The translations under genes and the position numbers were made by a program. Shown here piece after piece: positions 36,126 through 47,214 of a stretch of 64,000 bases of DNA. This stretch comes from Macrostomum lignano (taxonomy: Eukaryota). The notes below the pieces were generated by a model. It searched no databases and was not told the origin of the DNA. It saw only the letters and a list, made by a program, of their open reading frames with translations. Location: contig NIVC01000535.1 of assembly GCA_002269645.1 (NCBI GenBank), positions 1-64,000 on the forward strand, given 5' to 3'. Position 1 is the stretch's first letter. Each line of letters opens with the position of its first letter.

Positions 36126-37429
36126 CTGGAAGAGTTAGTGCGATTATGCTTGAAATTTCAACAAAACACATGATGTTGTGCTGTTGAGGCAAACTGAGAC
36201 AACCTGACAATTAAAGACCCATGACTTAGTATATAAGCGTACTAGCTGTACTTTTTACACTTACCCGAATAATCCGATCTATAGCTTACTGTATTTATTT
36301 ACTAAAAAAGAACTGATTGTAACGTTTGATGATGATGTTCCAGTTTTGACATAATTAACCCATTGGTAACGCAGCCTAAGATTAGTAAGTTTAATGGCTT
36401 TCTATATGGAAGTGTCGGTAGAAAACCTTCAGAAGTTAATTAAAAAGCTCAAGTGCGGGAAGAGCATCGGGAAAATGTCTGCTATTTCCAGTTCTGGTGC
36501 AGGTCTGGTAGTCTATATATTGCTTTGTTGGGTCAAAGATGTTGTTCACAAATGAGTGATCGGGTACATTACGAACGCCAATGCAAACATATAAATGTTT
36601 TAGTAGCCAAACGCCAAAACTGAAATCTCCTGGCCTTACTTCTCCGATCCCTAGCAAACAACTAACATTATTTTCATAAAGTTTCAATGCTTCGCGCAAC
36701 TAGGCAAAATGTATTTGCAAAAACACTTTTTTAAATCATATCAGAATTTGATGGAGAATGAACGAGACCTATCTGGTTCATTTAACTCCTGAGGTATTTA
36801 ACATACTGCTTACAGTCATCCTTGCTTATACATTCATATGTGCATCTACAAAATATTTTATGACGAGCACCTTGGAAAAGAAATCGAAAAAATATATTTA
36901 GCTAAAAATTCTTTCAAAGTACGCGAGCTTTTTCGTCTTCATTGGGGGCATTCCCATTTGAGGGAACTACGAAAAATGACGACGAAAATGGAGTTTTTTA
37001 GACTTTTGCAACCGCTATACATACATGGTTACATGTACAATACACAGCGGTGTCGGAACATTTTTCAAAGTGGGGGGAGGCTATTGGTGGGAGGGCACAT
37101 TGCATATACATTTTTGTAATCTAATGGCACCCTAACACTAGCTTTTATGTCAGTTTGTGACATTGTGTCAGCCAGGCCAATAATCAATTCTGTGTTGGAA
37201 GTCTGAAAATGCTCGAATTTTCAACTGATTCAAACATCGCGCAACTGTACTGCACTATCAATTTATTTAGTAATATCCAAATGAATGAAAATTGCAAGGG
37301 CAAGACCAATCAGTTAATATTCTGGATCTCTTGGCTCCCAAGCATTTTAGTCATTTCGCTTGCATCACCAACAGCGGTTTAAGTCTTGGGATTGTAGCAG
37401 ACTCGACAACACGAAAACAACAGAATACA

Positions 37430-38900
37430 CGTTCAGCATCACAGGGCGCGCCTCAGGGCCAGGTCGCGAACGAATGCCACGCATGGATCCGGGCCGGCGT
37501 CAGCCAGCAGGCAGTCGACGAAGCGCCGAGTGCGGGCCTGCCTGCTGCAGAAGCACCTGCACCGGCTGTGGGCAGTACGACACGGTGCAGATGATGTGGC
37601 CTGCACCAGCTGGAGTCGCCGACGTCGCAACAGGTCGCTTGACGGACCAGGCCGGCGCGATAATACAAAGCCGCGTTGGTCACTCGCTCGGAGCCGATCT
37701 TGAAGGCGACGGGGTCAAATTGTTGCTGGAATCGTTAACATCCAGATCTCGACTTTGTACAGGCAGTACAGCAGGACGGTCTTGATCACCGCTTGGAATA
37801 ACGCCACCCTCTGGCGGTCAGGCAGGGCGTCGGACTGCAGGACAGCCTCACAGAACGAAAGAACGAACGAAAGGAACCATGCAAATCTTCGCGGACGCCG
37901 GGAACCAGACCACCGAGGTAGACGAACTGCTGACAATGCGGGAACTCCATTTCCTGTCCTGCAGCGCCTCAGCACAAAGTCGTTTTTTCACTGGGCGCCC
38001 TCGACAGTTAAGAGGACAGCAGGGCGAGATCGTCGGCCTTGCCAAGTACGCTAAGCCGCCTCTTCGGTTTGTGTCGACCCAGGCGTCGCTGCAACAGAAA
38101 GCCGTCGTCGTTGGTAGGAAGAGCGGTCCGCAGCAAGCAGTCAAGCACCAGAACGAAGAGGAACGGCCCAAGCGTATCTCCCTGTCAAAGCACACCGGAG
38201 GGTCTCAAAGAAGTCCGGTGTTAAAACAGCAGCTTTCGTATCACGGTACATCACCAGATGGCGGAAATCAGCTGCTCTGGCACGTTGTACGCACGGAGCA
38301 CCTTGGGAGCACAGACCTGACGACCGAGTCGAATGCCTTCTTGAAATCTATGAAGATAACAATCAGGATCGACTGGCGTGTCCGCGCCTCCTCGATGACT
38401 CGGTGAAGAGCCAGGATCTGCGTCACTGTGCCGCGATGGGGCGATGGGGCCGCGGAAAGCCTGTCTGCTCAGGATGCAGGTACGGATCCAGCACGGGCTG
38501 CAACCGCGATAGCAGCATCCGTTGAACAGCTTCGCAGCGCAGGACTGAAGGCAGATACCTCGATGCTCCTCAAGCCTTGTGGTGCCTGGCTTTTTAGGAA
38601 ATTGTGACGATGTGCGCCGTGGTCCATTCGTTGGGTGCCAATTCTCAGCGAAGAGCTAGCACGCGATTCATTACTCTGGCGGGTACTGGCCACACAGTGG
38701 AGCAGCGCCTCGATGGGCACCTCGTGCGGAATCAGCGCTTTCCCACCCGGTGACTGTTTTGGGCGAGCCTCACAATGTCGGCTGTGCTGACTGGCGCTAG
38801 CTGAAACTCTCCTCTGCTGGCAACGGCATCTGCAGCGGCAGCGTCAGATTGCCTGGCAGACTTGAAATTTCGATCAGAGACGCCAAAGTAAGCGCTAAAC
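37430..38900 (-). mobile_element. degenerate RTE-like LINE (RT fragment)
   Basis: Minus strand FIDFKKAFDSV, QGD..PFLFVLVLD, FQAVIKTVLLY, RRRRLQL..RTRRFVDCLLADAG..FVRDLALRRAL; several frameshifts. Confidence 0.8.
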
Positions 38901-40429
38901 ACTAGGCTTAGGCACATTAGATAAAAATTGTAGGAAATGGATGCATGTACATGTAGAAATGCACATAATACATGTGTAGCTCGTATACACACAAATTCTT
39001 ATTATTTATTTATGCGAAATGGTTTTGTTACCTAAAAAGTCTTTTATTCTATAGTCGATGTAAATCTTTCACAATGCATTTTTCTGTCTAAACTATAATT
39101 TTTCCGTCATAATTTGTCACGACTAATTAACAATGCTCTTATGTCCAGAGTGAAATTAGCTCCTATTAGGCTGTTTTTATGATAAACTATGTGTGTATTA
39201 TGTAACAAAAAAATCTTTTGTAATAAATAATTTCTGTTAAGGACTACTATCCAACAATAATTTGTTAATCTGCGATACCACACGCTCGTAGTTCAAAATT
39301 TTTTTCAGGGAAGCAATGTTCACTCGTGGCCAACGAAACGTGACGTGTCTGTGTCAGTCGTGAGTCGTAGTGTTGTGTACTCGAATCTGTTGTCCGAGAT
39401 TCGGACAGGCTATAATCATCATTCCATTAATCAGACATAGTCCCTGTCATAATTGAGATCAAAAGTAAAATAAAAAACAGTTCTTTCGTAGTATGTTCCA
39501 GATCACGATTTGATTTCATAAGTCGGCTAGTCCTAAGGGAATTAAAAGCGAACCTTCTAATTCTTCTAAAATTCAAAATTTAAACCAATGTTTTATGTGG
39601 TATATTTGGAGTACAATAAACACGTCATTTTACAGAGACCTTAGCTTTTCACGAGCTTTACCGTTACCACAAAATCGCTTGAACTTTTCTTATTTCGTTT
39701 TTCTAGATATTTTAGTAACAGTAACCACTAAGGTTACAACCATTTTGCACGGACTGTATAGCCAAAACACTTCCTTTCAAAGGTTGTTCTTGTCTCCGTT
39801 GTTAACCACATCTAAAGCTCTTTTCTGGGAGTTATAACCAACAGTTCTCTAGTTCCATTAAATTTTTTTATTGAAAATCAGGAAAATTGATTTACAGATA
39901 CATATTTTACAAATAGTTATCTCGGATAAGAAAATATCTGGAACTGAATTGAAGGTACTTATGATTAAGATAAAATCTTAATCTATATTTCCTCGGAGAA
40001 GTACCCTTAGTACCGTTAACTAAGGTCTTGGTCTTAGCCAAACCTAAAGGTTCTTTTTTCGTCATAACATCACTGGAAGCGCTTGAAAGAAATCGCATAC
40101 TTATATCTTTAAAGGGTTATACCATTATAATTTATAAGATGCGAAAAGGACTTTAAAGGTAGTACAAGTGTTATAATAAGATGTGGCAGATACGTATCAA
40201 TTAATAATTAAATGTACTTAAGAACATAACATTGTGAATCAGTGATAAACTCGTTATGCATGTATGTTGAATCAAAACAATAATGTTACGTGTAAAAAGG
40301 TCTTGAAAGGCCTTTGGGGTTAAAGTAGATATTTATGTGCTTTGGTCTTTACGTTAATAAAATTCAAGAAAAGTTAGTGAGCTAACTGAGTTTATTTGTC
40401 TCGTAAGTTGACGATTTCAGAAATGTTGA

Positions 40430-43237
40430 CCAGGCCGTTCCGCCTAGTTACGTTTATGTAGCGTTGTTGTTACAGTTGAGGATCACTGAGGTCACGCAGC
40501 TTGGATGGCGGAGGAGGTGGCTGCCTCGTTGGAGGCAATGGCCAGCAGTCGGTCGGGTCGCCGCTTGCTTCACCACCGGCGATAAGCCCGCCTAGCACCA
40601 CCCCGCGGCACCATCGATTAGCCAGCCCAGCGTCCTTTTCTCGCCGGCTGCGATGCCGCCTTACCAGCAGGCTGTGGCTGCCGTCAGCGTCAAAGCCCCG
40701 CCATTCTATCGCAACAACCCAGACGCTTGGTTCCAGACGCTGGAATCTCAGTTTAAGTTAGCCCGCATCACATCCGAGGAAACAAAGTACCATCACCTCG
40801 TGTCCAACCTGCCAGAAGACGTCGCATCTGTTCTCCTGTCGTCTGAGACTCCTGCCAACTACACTCTACTGAAGACCAGCGTCTGCAACATGATGCAGAA
40901 GAGTAAGCAGGAGAAGATTAACGAACTTCTGGCGACATCGGACCTCGGCGGCGACAAGCCCTCGATTTTTCTACAACGCCTCACAGCCAAGATGTCGCAA
41001 TGCGGGATACAACCAGCCAGCTGCCCGGACATGGTCAAAGCCACGCTGTTGCGCTGCCTACCGAGCGAATTCCGCCTGGCCTTGTCTGGATTCCAGGAAC
41101 AGACTCCAGCACAGCTCGCCTCCATCGCCGACTCGATGTTCGCCGTCCAGAATTCATTCGGTCGGGTCAACGCAGCGCAACCAGAGCTCATCGCGGCTGT
41201 ACCAGCAAAACCAACCGGTGACTTCAACAAGGCTCGGAAAACTAGAAGCAATGGGATGAAGCCGTTCAAAGCAGGTCAACGCCCCGTCATCTGCCGCACT
41301 CATATCTTCTACGGCCAACAAGCGCGTACCTGCCGCCACTGGTGCCAGTTTCCAAAGGCACCCAGGCACTTCCGCGCGTCCTTACGAACAACGAGGCGAC
41401 GCCAGCGCAATCGCGATCATCGTCACCAACGCGAAACAGCCCAACTCCGGGAAACTGGACGACGCTGCCCAACACGCCGCAGTGAGCAGCGTCAGCCGAG
41501 GAAATGCGGCGACGAAGCACTTCCTGGTGGTGGACCTCACATTCAACGGTCAATGTCTGTCCTTCCTCGTCGACACAGGAGCCGCTGTGTCCATCATTCC
41601 GCCAAAGTATCTCCACCAGGCTCTTCAGGCTACCGGTTACAGATTGACTACCGCCACCGGCACGTCCATTCCGGTTTCTGGAGAGATCACTCTCACCGTC
41701 TCCATCCGAGGACTTCGTTGATCCTTTCAGTGGACCTTCCTCGTCGCCGCCGTCATCCAGCCGATCCTTGGTTATGACTTCCTATCCCGGTACGGTCTTT
41801 TAGTTGACTGCAAGGCACGACAACTGGTGGATCCAGAAACTACGCTGCACACGCAGACTCTACCCGTCACCAGCCTGCAGCTTGACAGCTTCGCCGTCTC
41901 CTTGGCATATCCGAGCATTGCGATCCGAGAGTGCAACAGCTCATCGATCGTTTTGCCGACACCTTTTCGTACGTCGAAGGTGGTCGCCTGCCTAGAGCTG
42001 AGGAGGTTAAACACAACACGAAGCACCACATCATCACCAACAAGCATCCTCCGACACATGCCAAAGCGCGACAGCTACATCCCGAGAAGCTTGCCATAGC
42101 CAAGGACGAGTTCCAGCAGCTGATCGACGCAGGATACCTTCGGCCTTCCGCCAGCAACTGGGCATCAGCTCTTCATATGGTCCCCAAGAAGGACAACGGT
42201 GTACCTAACGGAAAATGGCGACCCTGCGGTGATTACCGGCAGCTCAACAAGTTGACCAAACCGGACAACTATCCTATTCCGCACATCCAGTGCTTCACAA
42301 GGAGTCTTCACGGTGCAAGGATCTTCTCGAAGCTGGACCTCGTACGAGCGTACCACCAGATTCCGATCGCCGATGAAGATATTCCGAAGACCGCCATTAT
42401 TACGCCATTCAGCCTCTACGAATGGACCCACATGCCATTCGGGCTGCGGAACGCAGCGCAGACATTCCAGCGCTTCATCGACAGCGTCCTGCGGGGTCTT
42501 CCATATGCGATAGCCTACGTTGATGACCTCCTGATCGCATCGCCAAACGAGGAGGATCACCTGCGACACCTGGAATCAGTCCTGACTCGTCTATCGGAGC
42601 ACGGACTCAAGGTACAGCTCAGCAAGTGCACCTTCATGCAGCCGGAGGTAACCTTCCTGGGACATCAGGTGTCAGCCGAGGGCATCAGGCCGCTTGCCTC
42701 CAAGGTCGACACCATCCGGCAGTGGCCGATTCCCAAGGATGCCAACGCACTGCGTAGGTTTATCGGTGTCATCGGCTTCTACCGCCGTTTCATCCCGAAA
42801 TTCGCTGACATCGCCGCGCCTCTGCAGGATCTCGTTACTACATCTCTGCAGTCTCCACGATCCTACAGATGGAACTCGGTTCATCAAGAAGCCTTCGACA
42901 AGCTCAAGGCTGCCTTGGCAGAGCGGTTGCTGTTGCAGCACCCGGATCCGAATTGCAACGCCTATAGCCTTGTCACAGATGCTTCGTCTTACAGCGTCGG
43001 CGCAGCTCTTCATCAAACGACTGGCAATGTCGCGACGCCCATCGGCCTGTTCAGCAAGAAGCTGACAGCAACGCAGCAAAAATACTCAGCTTTCGACAGG
43101 GAACTCCTCGCAGTGTATCTCGCCGTTCTGCATTTCCGGAGCCTGATCGAGGGACGTGAAGTAACGGTTTTCACGGACCACAAGCCCCTAGCTCAGGCGT
43201 TCCACAGCAACAGCGGCGGAACTTCCGACCGGAATCA
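40430..43237 (+). mobile_element. Ty3/Gypsy LTR retrotransposon, degenerate and 3'-truncated (gag, protease, RT, RNase H; no integrase)
   Basis: Gag KAPPFYRNNPDAWF..LESQF; protease FLVDTGAAVS; [39 protein letters not shown]; RNase [21 protein letters not shown]; abrupt switch to AT-rich DNA at ~43237. Confidence 0.93.
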
Positions 43238-44149
43238 ACTATTTAACTTTGTTGAATGTTTGACTGCCTTAATAGCCTCACTTTGCACAATTTTTCACTT
43301 TCTTATTGGCTATTGCCATTCATTAATCACAATTTTAAAGCACTAAATATCCCTCTAGTCTAGTTTAGGAGACAAAAAGTTAATACATTACAAATTGGTT
43401 CTGGTTCTAGAACCAGAACAAGCAATATAGAAAGCCTCAAAGAATAAATTTTAATATGTGATATGCATTATAATTAATGCTATTATTTCAATCATTATCA
43501 AGATTGTTAAAATTTATTATTTATTGTGAAATTAAACGGAATGGCATAATGTCCTAATAGTCTACTGTAATACTCTCATATGCGATTAGCCTAGGCTTGA
43601 TTTGCTTCTAAGTGCCATTATAATAAATTGGAACTAAATTGGAATCTAAGTTAAGTAGGCTTGCTTATATAAATAATGCTTTTAAAGGGCTATTCCCCAA
43701 GGCATAATAAAGTTTATATCCCTAATTATAAAATAGTTAAAATTATATACTCCTGTATGAGTATATGCCTATGCATAAGACTATACATGTTATAGGCTAA
43801 TAATGACCTATTTTTTGGCAATGGCTCATGGAAGGGGGCATAGTCTCATTGGCCCCTTTCTTTAGGTCTACTTTTGCATAGCCCTGTTCCTTATATTCAA
43901 TAAAAAATAATAGTAGTGTATCATAGTTTTGTTACTGTCCCAAATCTAAAGTCTTTTATGAAAATGATCCCTTATAATAAATATTCAGCACTTGATTCTG
44001 CAACAACTCTGAATGAATAAGAGTTTCATAACAAATAATAATAATATTAAATTATAAAAAAGGCAATAATAATTTCTATTGTTGCCTTATGAAATACTAA
44101 GGAAAATGTTAGAATATGAAACCAAGGCCTACTATGTAGTCAAACTTGT

Positions 44150-44410
44150 TAATCTATTTACAAACTCAGATATTTTTCTTGCAGACCTGCACTGTACTTT
44201 CTATTGGATTCACCTGTTTGTGCAGCACTTCTGAAGGCTATGTATGGCTGTTCAGGCCAAAGACTAGAAGGGGTTGCCACACACACCTTGCTGGTACCAA
44301 TTTTTATAGCTCAGAGAATAGAAGCTATGCGGAGTTAAATGTCTTGCTTAAAAACACAAATTGTTTTGAGTGAATCAAGAATCAAACCCCGACCTTTCAT
44401 TTGTGAGTCT
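44150..44410 (-). mobile_element. tRNA-derived SINE copy (body), head interrupted by 18-bp array
   Basis: Aligns by eye with 52990-53225 (CTGAAGGCT..GGCTGTTCAGG..CAAAG; GTCTTGCT..CACAAATTGTT; AACCCCGACCT). Confidence 0.7.
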
Positions 44411-45810
44411 AGGCTATAACCCCCTACTAGGCTACAACCCACTACTAGGCTACAACCCCCTACTAGGCTACAACCCCCTACTAGGCTACAACCCACTACT
44501 AGGCTACAACCCACTACTAGGCTACAACCCACTACTAGGCTACAACCCACTACTAGGCTACAACGCACTACTAGGCTACAACCCACTACTAGGCTACAAC
44601 CCACTACTAGGCTACAACCCACTACTAGGCCAGAACCCACTACTAGGCTACAACCATACAACCCACTACTAGGCTACAACCCACTACTAGGCCACAACCC
44701 TACAACCCACTACTAGGCTACAACCCACTACTAGGCCAGAACCCACTACTAGGCTACAACCCTACAACCCACTACTAGGCTGCAACCCACTACTAGGCTG
44801 CAACCCTAAAACTCACTACTAGGCTACAACCCACTACTAGGCCAGAACCCACTACTAGGCTACAACCCTACAACCCACTACTAGGCTGCAACCCACTACT
44901 AGGCTGCAACCCACTACTAGGCTGCAACCCACTACTAGACTGCAACCCACTACTAGGCTGCAACCCACTACTAGGCTGCAACCCACTACTAGGCTGCAAC
45001 CCACTACTAGGCTGCAACCCACTACTAGGCTACAACCCACTACTAGGCTACAACCCACTACTAGGCTGCAACCCACTACTAGGCTGCAACCCACTACTAG
45101 GCTGCAACCCACTACTAGGCTACAACCCACTACTAGGCTACAACCCACTACTAGGCTACAACCCACTACTAGGCTACAACCCACTACTAGGCTGCAACCC
45201 ACTACTAGGCTGCAACCCACTACTAGGCTGCAACCCACTACTAGGCTACAACCCACTACTAGGCTACAACCCACTACTAGGCTACAACCCACTACTAGGC
45301 TGCAACCCACTACTAGGCTACAACCCACTACTAGGCTGCAACCCACTACTAGGCTGCAACCCACTACTAGGCTGCAACCCTACAACTCACTACTAGGCCA
45401 CAACCCACTACTAGGCTACAACCCACTACTAGGCTACAACCCACTACTAGGCTACAACCCACTACTAGGCTGCAACCCACTACTAGGCTGCAACCCACTA
45501 CTAGGCTGCAACCCTACAACTCACTACTAGGCTACAACCCACTACTAGGCCAGAACCCACTGCTAGGCTGCAACCCTACAACTCACTACTAGGCTACAAC
45601 CCACTACTAGGCCAGAACCCACTGCTAGGCCAGAACCCACTACTAGGCCAGAACCCACTACTAGGCTGCAACCCTACAACCCACTACTAGGCTGCAACCC
45701 ACTACTAGGCTACAACCCACTACTAGGCTGCAACCCACTACTAGGCTACAACCCACTACTAGGCTGCAACCCACTGCTAGGCTACAACCCACTGCTAGGC
45801 TACAACGCCT
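44410..45810. repeat. 18-bp minisatellite derived from SINE A-box
   Basis: Unit CCACTACTAGGCTACAAC; ends with ACAACGCCT, the SINE 5' start. Confidence 0.96.
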
Positions 45811-46552
45811 TCAAGATGAAGAACAAGGGGCTGATTTTCGCGAAAACACCTATGTTGAAAAACTGATTTCCTTTTTAGTAGGCCAGATTTCTATCTTGAT
45901 TTACAATACTTGGCATTGTTACTGAATTTGTTATATTACATTATTACCCAATTTTCAGTAACATTACTTAATTCAAGTATAATTATGTCCCTTTCACCCT
46001 ATAGTTTCTCCTATCAGCAAAGACAGTAATCGATCTGATAGATCGCCCCCTCTTCTTTTTTAGTCGCTGTGCACGCTGTTCTTGCGTGGCAATGTCAGCT
46101 GCTGCTATTTAACTATATGAAAGCTATTGCCTAGACTCAGATATGGAAATATATCAATAAGAGTATAAAATAATTTGGGGAAAACATTTTCTAACTGGAC
46201 TGGGAATAAAAGAGGAAAATATGCTCAGCGCGTGACACTTGAGAACTGGTGCTCAACTGGATTCCCTTGTCTAACTAATCTTTTTGTTCACTTTCTATTT
46301 TTAGCTCTAGTATGTATTTAATCAAACAGATTATTCTCAATATCGTCCTTTCTGGCTTATAGCCTAAATGCTGGTGCATGCTGTCATGTAGAGCACGCGT
46401 GACTGCACTTTTATTTGCTGATTCGGAGAGGCCGGATTCGGCGATCCAGGGAGCGGAGACCCAGAGGCAGATTGAAATGTAGATCTACTAGTGCAAAAAA
46501 TGTTCAAACTGTCTTAATACTAATAAAACATTGACACAGGGATCTTGACATA

Positions 46553-47100
46553 GAGGCACATTCTCAAGGACTGAGGCAGCGGAGAGGCACATTCTCAAGG
46601 ACTGAGGCAGCGGAGAGGCAGATTCTCAAGGACTGAGGCAGCGGAGAGGCAGATTTTCAAGAACTGAGGGAGCAGAGAGGCAGATTCTCAAGAACTGAGG
46701 GAGCGGAGAGGCAGATTCTCAAGGACTGATGGAGCGGAGAGGCAGATTCTCAAGGACTAATGGAGCGGAGAGGCAGATTCTCAAGGACTAATGGAGCGGA
46801 GAGGCAGATTCTCAAGGACTAATGGAGCGGAGAGGCAGATTCTCAAGGACTAATGGAGCGGAGAGGCAGATTCTCAAGGACTGAGGGAGCGGAGAGGCAG
46901 ATTCTCAAGAACTGAGAGAGCGGAGAGGCAGATTCTCAAGGACTGAGGGAGCGGAGAGGCAGATTCTCAAGAACTGAGAGAGCGGAGAGGCAGATTCTCA
47001 AGAACTGAGAGAGCGGAGAGGCAGATTCTCAAGAACTGAGAGAGCGGAGAGGCAGATTCTCAAGGACTGATGAAGCGGAGAGGCAGATTCTCAAGGACTA
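46553..47100. repeat. 31-bp minisatellite
   Basis: Unit GAGAGGCAGATTCTCAAGGACTGAGGCAGCG. Confidence 0.95.
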
Positions 47101-47214
47101 ATATAGGCAGGATAAGGAGAATGGGCTAATAAGCCTGCTTCATGTGTTACAAATTTGTACATGCAGCAGATAGCATTTACCTTATGTAACACCCTCTAAC
47201 ACCCCTCCCGACAG

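Noticed and set aside
40284-40408. 5' LTR of the Gypsy element (TGTTACG...CGTAA, internal AATAAA)
   Set aside because: No terminal CA, no clear primer-binding site and no second LTR to confirm it.
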